64,000 bases of DNA from Bacteroidota bacterium (GCA_020048645.1 JAIFMG010000097.1:1498-65497), one strand, 5' to 3'. Positions 30,737-41,255 are shown, numbered from the stretch's first letter. Numbers and translations: made by a program. The notes: generated by a model from the letters alone, not told the origin.

Positions 30737-31783
30737 TCAAAAGGCCCTTTTCCAAAAATGGTTCAAATTTCGGTAGAACAACCGCTTGACATCGCTTGGG
30801 CTCCATCCTCTTTCCAGCAAAACCTGACGCAAGTTTTCGAGCTGTTCGGGCCGGCTGATCGGTGGGGGCGGGCTGATCCGGCCTTCCCAGTCGGTGCCCA
30901 GACAGATGTGCCGCGGGCCCACCACGCTACGGATATGCTCCAGGTGGGCCACAAGCGCTTCCCAACTGGCCTCGCGGCTGCCGTCGATCAGGGGGCTGTG
31001 CAGGCAAAAGCCAATCATTCCGCCAGTAGCCGCGATTGCCCGCATCTGCTCGTCCGTGAGGTTGCGCGCGTTGTCGCAACAGGCACGGGCATTGGAATGA
31101 CTGGCAATCAAGGGCTTGCCATGAACATTCAGCTCCACGGCCTGCCAAAAGGCCGTGTCGGGGAAATGCGAAAGGTCCAACAGCATCCCAAGCTGCCAGG
31201 CCCTTTCCATGACGGCGCGCCCTTGCGCCGACAGCCGACTGCCGGCCGCCAAAGGCATGACGGGGGAAGGCCGAGCCCCAGCAGGCGGCTCGAAGCAAGC
31301 GTGGTGGAACCAATGCGCCAAACCCAACGCGCAAACCCCTGCGGCGGCCAGGCTGTCCACCCAAAACGCCTCCCCATCGAGCAAGTGGGCATTCTCAATG
31401 GCAAAGGCGATATTGGTTTTGAAGGGCGATTTTCTATGCTTTTCAACACTCAGAAAATGAAAGTCGAAATCATGCGAATCGCGAAATGCCCGAAAAAAAA
31501 CCAATACCTGCTCCATCGAGACCGTATCAGCATGACGCATCTCAAATTGGGGAAGCCCAAGTGAAAAAAACAACAAATCAGCCTTTCCTATCGAGTGGTA
31601 GTTTATGGCCGCCGCGGTATCCCTCAAACCATAGAGGCCATCGTTGTGAAAAAGCCTGCTCAAGCCGCTGTTGTGCAGATCAGAGAACCGAACGGGATCT
31701 TGAACAATCTGTTGGCCAAAAACATGGCTTTTTGCTGCCATGCCTATTGCCAAACAAATTGAAAATATATAAATCAATTTCAT
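30737..31783 (-). CDS. Membrane dipeptidase (M19) family protein
   Basis: Signal peptide; DLH, IEN, LDLSH, ASHSN, RNLTD, LGTDW. Confidence 0.8.
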   Translation of the reverse strand: MKLIYIFSICLAIGMAAKSHVFGQQIVQDPVRFSDLHNSGLSRLFHNDGLYGLRDTAAAINYHSIGKADLLFFSLGLPQFEMRHADTVSMEQVLVFFRAFRDSHDFDFHFLSVEKHRKSPFKTNIAFAIENAHLLDGEAFWVDSLAAAGVCALGLAHWFHHACFEPPAGARPSPVMPLAAGSRLSAQGRAVMERAWQLGMLLDLSHFPDTAFWQAVELNVHGKPLIASHSNARACCDNARNLTDEQMRAIAATGGMIGFCLHSPLIDGSREASWEALVAHLEHIRSVVGPRHICLGTDWEGRISPPPPISRPEQLENLRQVLLERGWSPSDVKRLFYRNLNHFWKRAF

Positions 31784-32355
31784 TCTTCTGATTCGAAAAA
31801 CTCGCGGTTCAAAGCCAAAAGCTCCACGTCATAGACCAGTATCGCCCTTGGCGGAATACACTTTCGGTCACCCAACAGTCCATGGGCCAGATGCGGCGGA
31901 ACGATGAAACGAGCCTTCTGACCTTCCCGCATCAAGGAAATTCCGTACTCGAGCCCCATCTCGACCTTTCCTGCTCCAATGACAAATTGCAACAATCCCA
32001 AAGAATCGGACGTATAGCAAAGAGTCCCATCGAGCAAGGCCAGCCGATAAGCGATCGTGACGGTGTCCCCCGTCTGGGCAACAGGCCCTTCAAGCTCTTG
32101 GCCAGCGTAGATCTCATAATAGAAATTGCGCTCGGTGGTCTGCATGTTCCAGCCCCGGCGCTCGGCATAGGACCCAATGGCCTCCAAGTCCTTCTCGATG
32201 AGGCCCTGGTTGGCCAAGGCGAGCTTTTCATCCAAGGCTGGCCCGTCGTTTTTGGGCGCGGTACCCACCGCAGAATCGGCGTCCGGCTGATGGCCGCAAG
32301 AAAAAAAGAAGCCTGCCACCAAACCAAGCCCGAAACAAACACGCTTCATGTCCAT
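31780..32355 (-). CDS. FKBP-type peptidyl-prolyl isomerase lipoprotein (GldI-like)
   Basis: Lipobox FFSC; GDTVTIAY, GLEYGI, PPHLAHG, IPPRAILVYDVEL; follows a DHH gene as is usual in Bacteroidota. Confidence 0.85.
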   Translation of the reverse strand: MDMKRVCFGLGLVAGFFFSCGHQPDADSAVGTAPKNDGPALDEKLALANQGLIEKDLEAIGSYAERRGWNMQTTERNFYYEIYAGQELEGPVAQTGDTVTIAYRLALLDGTLCYTSDSLGLLQFVIGAGKVEMGLEYGISLMREGQKARFIVPPHLAHGLLGDRKCIPPRAILVYDVELLALNREFFESEE

Positions 32356-32371
32356 TATAAAAAAGTTAAAA

Positions 32372-33430
32372 TTAGTCTTCAGCTTGCAATTTAAGAGCGA
32401 GTTGGCGAAGTTCGTCGCGATGGTTTTCAACTTGTTGCACGAAAAACTCGACTGCCTGCTCAAGGGTCTTGTCGGTGAAGCGCCCACCTGCGGCCATCGA
32501 ATGTCCGCCTCCGTTAAAACCCTCTCGGGCAAACCGGTTGACATCCCACTCGTTGGACGAACGGAATGAGCATTTGATATCACCGTCGCCGGCCATGAAG
32601 AGCGCAGCAAAGAAGATTCCTTTGACGGCCAGCGGCATGTTGACAAAGCCTTCCACATCACCCTTTTCGTATTGGAATCGTTTCTTTTCTTCGCTATCAA
32701 TCACAATGTAGCCGTATCCCAATTCTGGAACAATGACCATTTTCTCACTGAGGCAGTAGCCCAAAAGCCGAAGCTGCTGCTCCTTCTGGCGGTTGTTGAC
32801 GCGATCCTGAACCTCAAGAACATCCACCTCTTTTGTAATCAACTCAGCAACAGTGAAAAACGTGATGGGGTTTCCACAATTGTGCCGAAATCCGCCCGTG
32901 TCGGTCATGATGCCCAGATAGAGACAAGTCGCGCCGTCCTTGTCCAGCCAAAGCAGCCATTCCATGCGATTCATGAGACTGTGCAACAACTCGCAAGTCG
33001 AGCTGACAGAGGTATCGGATATGACAAAATCGTATTGGTCAGGCATTGGGTGGTGATCCACCAAAACGGTTGTCGCCTTGGGAAGTTTCTCGATGTACTC
33101 GGCCAACTCCTTGCCCATGCGCTGGTTGGTGTTGAAGTCAACGAAAAACCGCAAATCGGCAGTGGCAATGATCTCTCGGGCCCAATCGCCCTGGCGGTCG
33201 AAGTTGATGATGGACTTCGCGCCCGGCATCCAGGCCAAAGAATTGGCGAATCCGTTGGGCACGACGAAATGGGCGTCAAAACCCATTCTCCGGAAGAGGT
33301 GCCACAAGCCCAAGCCAGAGCCAAGGGCATCGCCGTCGGGGTTGACATGGCAAATTATGACAATTCTCTTGGACTCAACCAACCGTGTGCCCAATCTGTG
33401 AACAAAATAATCATCAAGAATCAATCTCAT
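32372..33430 (-). CDS. nrnA: DHH-family bifunctional oligoribonuclease/PAP phosphatase (NrnA-like)
   Basis: HVNPDGDALGS, VDHH, DTGGF, SFRS, GGGH..AAG. Confidence 0.88.
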   Translation of the reverse strand: MRLILDDYFVHRLGTRLVESKRIVIICHVNPDGDALGSGLGLWHLFRRMGFDAHFVVPNGFANSLAWMPGAKSIINFDRQGDWAREIIATADLRFFVDFNTNQRMGKELAEYIEKLPKATTVLVDHHPMPDQYDFVISDTSVSSTCELLHSLMNRMEWLLWLDKDGATCLYLGIMTDTGGFRHNCGNPITFFTVAELITKEVDVLEVQDRVNNRQKEQQLRLLGYCLSEKMVIVPELGYGYIVIDSEEKKRFQYEKGDVEGFVNMPLAVKGIFFAALFMAGDGDIKCSFRSSNEWDVNRFAREGFNGGGHSMAAGGRFTDKTLEQAVEFFVQQVENHRDELRQLALKLQAED

Positions 33431-33441
33431 GGCAAATTGTT

Positions 33442-33852
33442 TTAAACGGGGAAGTGATGTCGTATCTTTTCGAGGAAAGGCTCCGGCGCCCGCATGGGAC
33501 GGCGGGTTTTGGCATCCACCAAGACCAGGGTAATGTGGCCCAGGTTGAGCAATTGCCCAGCGGGGTTGAAGGTTTCGTAATCGAAGCGAATCTTGACGGT
33601 CGGGAGCTGCTCCATGCGGGTACGCAGGCGAAGCAGCTCATCGTAAAGCGCTGGTATCTTGTACTGAATGTTGACTTCAAGGACCGGCATGAGCATGCCC
33701 AGCTCTTCGATTTCACGATAGACCAGGCCGTGTTCGCGCATCAACTCCGTACGGCCCATCTCGTAATATTGCACGAAGTTGGAATGATGGATGTATCCCA
33801 TCTGGTCAGTCTCGACATAACGCGTCCGAAATTCGATTTCGTGTGTTATCAT
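33442..33852 (-). CDS. Acyl-CoA thioesterase (YbgC/FadM family)
   Basis: RYVETDQMGYIHHSN, EMGR, YDE. Confidence 0.9.
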   Translation of the reverse strand: MITHEIEFRTRYVETDQMGYIHHSNFVQYYEMGRTELMREHGLVYREIEELGMLMPVLEVNIQYKIPALYDELLRLRTRMEQLPTVKIRFDYETFNPAGQLLNLGHITLVLVDAKTRRPMRAPEPFLEKIRHHFPV

Positions 33853-33877
33853 TGGTCTTGAAGGTTGAGTTTGTGTA

Positions 33878-34435
33878 TCACTTGTCTTCCACTACACAAT
33901 ATATGTCAATTTCTACTTCATTGCCAACCATGAGGGTGCCCGTATCGGTTGCGATTCCGTAATCGAGCCGATTGATGCGGAACGTTCCGGTGTAAACTAT
34001 TCCAATTCCAGCCGCCAAACCGGTTGGAAAGGCTTTGATGGGGATGCTGACCTGGCGGGTTACTCCCCGAAGGGTCAGCTTCCCATCTACGGAAAAACCT
34101 TCGCCAGCGGATTGGATGGACTGGCTCTGGAAACGAATGTTCGGGTAGGCCGCGGCATCGAAGAAATCTGGCTTTAGGAGATGCTCGTCACGGCTCTCAT
34201 TTTCAGTGTTTATCCTGGAGACAGGAAGGCTAATATCACAAGATACAGGAATATTTCCTGCCGGGCCAAAAGTTACAGCACCTGCCATTCTGTCAATCTT
34301 GCCCTCCACGGTGTTGAATCCCATGCTGGAAATGCTGAACCTCACGAACGACAAATCGGCAAGAACATGGCTTTGGGCCTGTGAGGGCAGGCAAGCGCAC
34401 CCCAAAAGGAGGATGGACAGCAAGTATCTTCTCAT
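33878..34435 (-). CDS. YceI family protein
   Basis: Signal peptide; RDEHL..DFFD...YPNI.F, GKLTLRGVT, INRLDYGI. Confidence 0.9.
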   Translation of the reverse strand: MRRYLLSILLLGCACLPSQAQSHVLADLSFVRFSISSMGFNTVEGKIDRMAGAVTFGPAGNIPVSCDISLPVSRINTENESRDEHLLKPDFFDAAAYPNIRFQSQSIQSAGEGFSVDGKLTLRGVTRQVSIPIKAFPTGLAAGIGIVYTGTFRINRLDYGIATDTGTLMVGNEVEIDIYCVVEDK

Positions 34436-35036
34436 CTTTTTTTTCGTGAAAGTAATGCAATTAGAGGAAAAACGAAAAGGGTGGGCCCCTATTGCCTATC
34501 AACTGGCCGCGCCGGCCTGCATTGCCTGAGGGCTCTAACCACTTTTCGCAGGCCGCATAACCCGAGTCGAGACGCCACAGATTGGCCGACTTCCGAGGTA
34601 ATTCACTTCCCAAAAACTGGCAAGCGGAACGATATTCTGTTAGAAATCCATCGCTATTGTGCGACACGGACCCCGGAAAAACGAAAAACAGTAGATCGTA
34701 TCTATCTTATTTACAAGAACTTGGAAAAGTTTTTAGCCAATTTGCCTTGAAAAAAATTTTTCCAAACTTTTCTTTGTAACTTTCAAACAACCAAGACAAA
34801 GCGAGACTCGCGCCAAAGCGCCAAGCAAAATTGCCATTCGCATTCGTGGCCTGCCGCTGAAACTTGTGCTGCTAGCCTCGGACTAGAGAAACGAGTTGGC
34901 AAGTCCCCGACTTCTCGCGAATGTTTTCTAGTCCTCCAAACGCTTGGAATGCGACAACAAGCGAAGCCAAACAATCATGGTCGGCTATGGCCGAGAAAAT
35001 CGTTTGTCATTTTTTTTAACCCTCAATTTTTCAATA

Positions 35037-38000
35037 ATGCAAAAACAAAACCCAAACAGATTCAAGCGCCTGAGCATTCTGGCGACTGCTTTCTGCCTCC
35101 TGCCTTTCGTGGGCTGGAGCCAAACCACGCCGGTCGGCAGTGGCAGCTACACGAACACTTTCCCAGGAGTTGACGAAGCGGGAAGAAACGGCTTCCCACA
35201 AGGGACGCCCTACACCATCGGGCCAGCAGCGGAAAAGCCTGTTCCTACGAACGATTGGTGGAGCAACAAGGTCAAAAATCCGCACAGCGACAACCTCTTC
35301 AACTACCCGCTGACGATGAAGACGGTCAACGATGGCCTCTTGGTAACGTTCATCCCTTGGGGGCCCATCGATGATGTGCAGCCGGTCATTGTCGGCGTCA
35401 GCGGCCTGAACGCACCGGCTGCGAACGTGTCAAATTTTTCGGATTGGACCGTTACGATGGATTGGGCCAGCGGAGATCATGAATTTACCGCAACTTCCGG
35501 AATCGGGATGCCTTTTATCTATTTCGGGAAGAACTCGGAAGACATTGCCCAAGTGAAAATCAATGTGGGCAATGTGATCCTGGATGGAGAAATCCTGCTG
35601 GTCGAAAACAGCCGCAACGGGGCGGACTATGCGATTTACGCCCCGCAAGGAAGCACCTGGGAACAATCGGGGAACACCTACACTTCCACGCTCAACGGCC
35701 AAGACTACTGGTCGATGGTGATTCTTCCTCCGCAGGCCACAAACATTGCCGAAACGGCCAACGAGTTCCAGAAATACGCCTACGTGTTCCCCAGCAACAC
35801 GCTGACCAGTTGGGAGTTTGACGAATCAAACTCCGTGGTCAGCACGTTTTTTGAGCTGACGGTTGATGTGAAGGAAGGAACGGAAAACACGATGCTAGTA
35901 GGTCTTTTGCCACACCAATGGAACAACCTGGCCCCAGGCTCGCCCAATTTCACGGCGCACAGCTACCCCACTGTTCGGGGGCAGCTCAAAATGATGGAAA
36001 CCAACTCGTTCACGGTTCAAAACACCTTTCATGGCATATTGCCGACCCTACCCTTTTTGGACCAGTACAGCGAAAGTTTCAACGCCAGCGATCTGTTCGA
36101 GAAGGTCAAGCTGCTTGAAAACGACCAACTCAACTCGTGGACTGACAGTTACAACGAAGGACAAGAAATGAACAGGCTCATTCAGACAGCCCGCATCGCG
36201 GAGCTGACTGGCGATACGGTAGCGTTGCAAAAGCTGCTCACAACAGTGCGCACCCGGCTCGAAGATTGGCTTGAGTACTCATCGGGTGAGGTGGCTTTTC
36301 TGTTCTACTACAACGAGACCTGGTCGGCCATGCTGGGCTACCCGGCTGGGCACGGCCAAGACCTGAACATCAACGACCACCACTTCCACTGGGGCTACTT
36401 CATCCACGCCGCCGCGTTTCTGGAACAGTACCAGCCTGGCTGGGCCGAAGAGTGGGGCGGCATGGTCAACCTCCTGGTCCGCGACGCGGCCTCGCCCAGC
36501 AGAGACGACGAAATGTTTCCGTTTTTGAGAAACTTCAGTCCTTACGCAGGACATTGTTGGGCGAATGGTTTCGCGACTTTTCCGCAAGGAAATGACCAAG
36601 AATCGACCTCGGAGAGCATGCAGTTCAATTCATCGCTCATCCACTGGGGTGAGGTGACGAACAACACCAGCATCCGCGACTTGGGGATTTACCTTTACAC
36701 CACCGAGCAGACGGCCGTCGAAGAGTATTGGTTCGACATGTACGAGCGGAATTTCGGCCCGAACCAGCAGTACAGCCTGGTTTCCAGGGTTTGGGGAAAC
36801 AGCTACGACAACGGGACCTTCTGGACGGCGGACATCGCGGCCAGCTACGGTATCGAGCTGTATCCGATACACGGCGGCTCGCTCTACCTGGGCCATGACA
36901 CGGCTTATGTCGATAAACTCTGGACAGAAATTGAGCAAAACACGGGTATCCTCGACAACGAGCCGAACGTCAACCTTTGGCACGATGTCATGTGGCAATA
37001 TTTGGCTTTCATCGATCCGGCAAAAGCCTTGGAGCTTTACGAATCGTACCCAGATCGCAGCCTGAAATTTGGGGTCAGCGATGCCCAGACCTACCACTGG
37101 CTGCACGCGATGAACGTGCTGGGCAAAGTTTGCGCAGACCTGACGGCCGACCACCCTCTAGCCGCCGCGTTCATGACCAATGGCGACACGACTTACGTGG
37201 CCCAAAACTACGGCGACCAGGACATGAACGTTGTTTTTTCCAATGGATACGTTCTTGAAGTTCCTGCTAAAGAACTTGCCACCAGCAAGGACATCGACCT
37301 CCAAGGGCAACTGACCAGCAGCTTCAACCAGGCGTACTTGGGCGGAAGCGTCGAACTGGAACTGGTCATCGCTGAAGGAACTGCCAGCAAAGTCGAGTTC
37401 TACAAAGGCGATAACCTATTGGCTACCAGCACTCAAGCCCCGTTCGTGGCCACCGCAGAAAACCTTTCTGCCGGCCGGCATACCTTCCTGGCCCGGATGT
37501 ACCAGGGCGAAGCCTTCAACCTGAGCAACATGCTGACGGTCATCGTTGGCGACCAACTCCCTTACACGGGAAGCCCCATCGCTCTGCCCGGAAACTTCCA
37601 AGCCGCGCACTACGACATCTTCGAAGGGGGAATCGGAAACGGAATTGCCTATCAGGACATGACAGCCCAGAACGAAGGCAACTTCCGCGAAAACGAGCAT
37701 GTTGACGCCCAAACCAATGCCACCGAAGGCAACTATGTCGGTTGGGTCGCTGGCGGAGAATGGCTGGAATTCACGGTGGACGTGCAGCAAGCGGGCAACT
37801 ACCAGCTCGTGTTTCGGTACGCCAGCGGCAACAGCGCCGGAGGTGGACCGCTGCGCATCGAAAGTGACGGACAGACTGTCAAATCTGACATCACCGTTGG
37901 CACTACTGGCAACTGGAACACATGGGCCAGCAAAACCGTCGGGGACATTCCGCTCAAAAGTGGGCAGCAGGTCCTCCGGCTGTACTTTGAAGGGGGCGAG

Positions 38001-39170
38001 TTCAACATCGCGAAACTTACTTTCGCGTACAGCTCGCCTTTGGCCTACAGCCAACCCATCGCCAACGCGGGTAACAATCAAATCGTGCTGCTCCCGCAAA
38101 GCTCTACCCAATTGGACGGAACAGCCAGCACCGACCCCGATCAAGGCGAGCTGACTTACCTCTGGCGACAGGTCTATGGTCCTACTACATTGGTTTTCAA
38201 CAACAACGCCTTGGCCGAGCCTACGGTTTCTGCCCTCGAGGAGGGAATCTACCTGATGGAGCTGAAGGTTGACAATGGCGACTACTCGGACACGGACGAG
38301 ATGTTCATCATTTCCAGCAACAGCCCCAACGTCGCTCCCACGGTTTCCATTTTCAGCCCGTCAGACCAGTCCGTTTTTCTCGAAAATGACGAGATCACGA
38401 TAACGGCGCTGGCCTCTGACCTGAACGACCCAATTGCCAAAGTGGAGTTTTGGGTCAACGAACAGCGGATTGGCACCAGCACGCAAGCGCCCTACGAGGC
38501 CATGTGGTCACCTGAAGTCGGCTCATACAGCCTGAAAGCCATTGCCTTCGACAATTTTGGCGACTCGTCCAGCTCTGCGGCTGTATCGGTTTTGGTCGAT
38601 CCCGCTCCTCCTTGCGAAGGCACATCTTGGAACGGCGATTTCAATTACAGGTTCTCGCCAGCCGACGACAACCCGACCATCACCTTCATCCCTTCGCAGC
38701 CTGGCGTCGGTAGCCCGACTTGCATTTTGTACTATGGCACAGACCCTGGAGGCATGCCCGGATACAATGTTGTACCGAACGTGCCCTTCCAGATCAATGC
38801 CAGCGAAGGAACGCGGATTTACTTCTACTACACTTATTCTTTCCCCAATTTTGGTGAAAGAAACAACTCGGCCAACCCGAACAACTACGTCATCGGCTCC
38901 TGCCAGACCGAGACTGTCCTCGAAACGACCGAACCGCTGAGCATCCAGCATTACCCCAACCCTGTCCAGAATTGGCTGACCATCAATTTTCCTTTGGATG
39001 CCAGCCAGTTGCGCGTCTATTCGACCACAGGGCAACTGCTGCTCTGGCAAGATGGACTCCAGGGCATCGAGCAAGTTGACCTGAGCGCGTTGAGCGCTGG
39101 CCTCTACATCGTCCGGGTGAGCTCGGCCGAAGGCGTCAGCGTCTTCAAGATCATGAAGTCAGCGGAATGA
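35037..39170 (+). CDS. GH81 endo-1,3-beta-glucanase with Ig-like, CBM6 and PKD domains and a T9SS type-A CTD
   Basis: Signal peptide; PTNDWW, NDHHFHWGYF, DQESTSE; CBM6 (VGW...GEWLEF, TGNWNTW); PKD (ANAG..Q); C-terminal YPNP...LSAGLYIV. Confidence 0.9.
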   Translation: MQKQNPNRFKRLSILATAFCLLPFVGWSQTTPVGSGSYTNTFPGVDEAGRNGFPQGTPYTIGPAAEKPVPTNDWWSNKVKNPHSDNLFNYPLTMKTVNDGLLVTFIPWGPIDDVQPVIVGVSGLNAPAANVSNFSDWTVTMDWASGDHEFTATSGIGMPFIYFGKNSEDIAQVKINVGNVILDGEILLVENSRNGADYAIYAPQGSTWEQSGNTYTSTLNGQDYWSMVILPPQATNIAETANEFQKYAYVFPSNTLTSWEFDESNSVVSTFFELTVDVKEGTENTMLVGLLPHQWNNLAPGSPNFTAHSYPTVRGQLKMMETNSFTVQNTFHGILPTLPFLDQYSESFNASDLFEKVKLLENDQLNSWTDSYNEGQEMNRLIQTARIAELTGDTVALQKLLTTVRTRLEDWLEYSSGEVAFLFYYNETWSAMLGYPAGHGQDLNINDHHFHWGYFIHAAAFLEQYQPGWAEEWGGMVNLLVRDAASPSRDDEMFPFLRNFSPYAGHCWANGFATFPQGNDQESTSESMQFNSSLIHWGEVTNNTSIRDLGIYLYTTEQTAVEEYWFDMYERNFGPNQQYSLVSRVWGNSYDNGTFWTADIAASYGIELYPIHGGSLYLGHDTAYVDKLWTEIEQNTGILDNEPNVNLWHDVMWQYLAFIDPAKALELYESYPDRSLKFGVSDAQTYHWLHAMNVLGKVCADLTADHPLAAAFMTNGDTTYVAQNYGDQDMNVVFSNGYVLEVPAKELATSKDIDLQGQLTSSFNQAYLGGSVELELVIAEGTASKVEFYKGDNLLATSTQAPFVATAENLSAGRHTFLARMYQGEAFNLSNMLTVIVGDQLPYTGSPIALPGNFQAAHYDIFEGGIGNGIAYQDMTAQNEGNFRENEHVDAQTNATEGNYVGWVAGGEWLEFTVDVQQAGNYQLVFRYASGNSAGGGPLRIESDGQTVKSDITVGTTGNWNTWASKTVGDIPLKSGQQVLRLYFEGGEFNIAKLTFAYSSPLAYSQPIANAGNNQIVLLPQSSTQLDGTASTDPDQGELTYLWRQVYGPTTLVFNNNALAEPTVSALEEGIYLMELKVDNGDYSDTDEMFIISSNSPNVAPTVSIFSPSDQSVFLENDEITITALASDLNDPIAKVEFWVNEQRIGTSTQAPYEAMWSPEVGSYSLKAIAFDNFGDSSSSAAVSVLVDPAPPCEGTSWNGDFNYRFSPADDNPTITFIPSQPGVGSPTCILYYGTDPGGMPGYNVVPNVPFQINASEGTRIYFYYTYSFPNFGERNNSANPNNYVIGSCQTETVLETTEPLSIQHYPNPVQNWLTINFPLDASQLRVYSTTGQLLLWQDGLQGIEQVDLSALSAGLYIVRVSSAEGVSVFKIMKSAE

Positions 39171-39209
39171 TCGGGCCTTCGGCATAGCCTCCGCTTCCTA
39201 GCTCCCCAG

Positions 39210-39248
39210 CGCGAACCTGCCACGAAAGGACAGGTTCGCGTTTTTTTT
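39210..39248 (+). terminator. Intrinsic terminator after GH81
   Basis: CGCGAACCTG / CAGGTTCGCG 10-bp stem followed by T8. Confidence 0.88.
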
Positions 39249-39560
39249 GGAGTCTTGAATCACTATTTTTTATTGGTTTGAATTGCCAGTTCGCATTGCT
39301 TTTCAGAATGATGTTTCATGGCCATGCATACCCACGGCCACCTTTCCCAAAAGCGACAAATTGAATCGCAATTTGTCGTTCAAGATTCATGCGGGCTGAA
39401 GGCCGGCGCAAGACTTTAAGAGAGGTTGGGAGGGCTAGAATTGAGAAAGGCCCGCTCGGTTTTTTCAAATTGGAGAAAGCTTCGTATTTTGAGGGCACGA
39501 AAGGCCCAGGCGCGCACGGCTTGGGCCGGGCCAAAACCGATAAACCGCAACAGCGTCCCC

Positions 39561-41255
39561 ATGTCAAAAGTCCGCTCGCTTTCCATCCAAAGGCTCTACC
39601 TGATGCTCACGCTGCTAGTGGGCGGCCTGATAACCATGAACGGCATCTTGGGGATCCGCTTTCTCACGGCGCAAGATTCTCTGGATGAGCTCTATAAGAA
39701 TCGGCTGCACTCGCAAGCGCTGGCCGCCGAGCTGCGCGCCAGCTCCGACGAGCTGACGCGCATGGCCCGAAGCTACGTGGTTACGGGAAAGTCGGAGTTC
39801 GAGTCGCGCTACTGGGAAATCCTGGCCATCCGCAACGGCGAGCGCCCGCGCCCCGACGGCCAGCAGGTAGCGCTCAAAGAACTGATGCGCCTGGAAGGGT
39901 TCAGCCGCGAGGAGTTCGCCAAGCTCAAGGAGGCCGAGGACAATTCCAACAACCTGGTCAACACCGAGTTGGTAGCGATGAACGCCGTCAAGGGCCTCTA
40001 CCAGGACGCATCGGGGTTCTTCACCAAGAAGGCCGCGCCCGACAGCGCGATGGCCCGCCGCGTCATGTTCGACGAGCAATACCACGCCAACAAGCGGCTG
40101 ATCATGGATCCCATCGAGGATTTCGAAAAAATGCTGGCGGAGAGGACTGATGGAAACCTGCGCCAACAGTTGCGCGCGAACCGCGACCTCGCGCTGTTCA
40201 TGGAGTTCAGCATCTGGTTCTCGCTGGTTGTTCTGCTGGTTTCTTTCATCGTGATCCGACGCCGGGTCATTCTCCGGATCTTGGGAATATCCAAACACAT
40301 GGAAAAAATTTCTGCCGGCGATTTCAATGCCGTGTTGCAAAGCAAGTACGAAGACGAACTCGGAAAGCTTATACAATCGCTCACTCGGCTCTCGATCGCG
40401 CTGCGCCAAAAGGCGCGGTTCGTGCAAGAAATCGGGCTAGGAAACTTCGAATGGGGGTACAAACCCTCGGGCAAGGACGACCACATGGGCGAGGCCTTGC
40501 TCGAAATGCGCGACGGCCTGGCCAAGGCTCGCCAAGAGGAGGCCAAGCGCCAGGAAGAAGACCGCAAGCAGAACTGGGTGACCCACGGCCTGGCCAAGTT
40601 CGCCGAAATCCTGCGCTCGGACAGCAACGACCTTGAGAGGCTGAGCAACACGATCATCGCCGAGCTGGTGGGCTACACGAGCGCGAACCAGGGAGCCATT
40701 TTCCTGGTCAACGACGATGACCCTGACAATCACTTCCTGGAAATGATGGCCGCCTACGCCTACCAGCGGCGGAAAATGGTCAACCGCAAAGTGGAGATCT
40801 TCGAGGGTCTGCTGGGCAGTTGCGTGCTCGAAAAAGAGGCGCTCCTGCTGGACGACGTGCCCGACGGCTACCTCAAAATCACCTCAGGCCTGGGCGAAAT
40901 CACCCCAGGATGCTTGCTGCTCATGCCCATGATAGTACAAGAGAAAGTGCTGGGAGTCATTGAGATGGCTTCCTTCAAGACATTCCAGAAGCACGAGGTC
41001 GAGTTCGTCCGCAAGATTGGCGAGAACATGGCCGCCACCGTTGCCGCCGTCCGCGTCAACCTCAAAACGCAGGTCATGCTGCGCCAGACCCAGAAGAAGA
41101 CCGACCAGATGCTGGCCCGCGAGCGAAATCTGGACGAAAAGCTCAAGAGCGCGCGGGCCGAGCTGGAGGCCGCCCGCCTGCGCGAAAAGGTCATGCAGAG
41201 CCGAATCGGAAAGCTGGAGGCGCAACTGCTTCGATTGCAGGAGGGGCTGATCTGA
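39561..41255 (+). CDS. Membrane sensor with helical periplasmic domain, HAMP and GAF; no catalytic output domain
   Basis: TM - ELRASSDELTRMARSY (MCP-like ligand domain) - TM - HAMP (DELG) - GAF similar to that of 22699-25074 - terminal coiled coil. Confidence 0.8.
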   Translation: MSKVRSLSIQRLYLMLTLLVGGLITMNGILGIRFLTAQDSLDELYKNRLHSQALAAELRASSDELTRMARSYVVTGKSEFESRYWEILAIRNGERPRPDGQQVALKELMRLEGFSREEFAKLKEAEDNSNNLVNTELVAMNAVKGLYQDASGFFTKKAAPDSAMARRVMFDEQYHANKRLIMDPIEDFEKMLAERTDGNLRQQLRANRDLALFMEFSIWFSLVVLLVSFIVIRRRVILRILGISKHMEKISAGDFNAVLQSKYEDELGKLIQSLTRLSIALRQKARFVQEIGLGNFEWGYKPSGKDDHMGEALLEMRDGLAKARQEEAKRQEEDRKQNWVTHGLAKFAEILRSDSNDLERLSNTIIAELVGYTSANQGAIFLVNDDDPDNHFLEMMAAYAYQRRKMVNRKVEIFEGLLGSCVLEKEALLLDDVPDGYLKITSGLGEITPGCLLLMPMIVQEKVLGVIEMASFKTFQKHEVEFVRKIGENMAATVAAVRVNLKTQVMLRQTQKKTDQMLARERNLDEKLKSARAELEAARLREKVMQSRIGKLEAQLLRLQEGLI

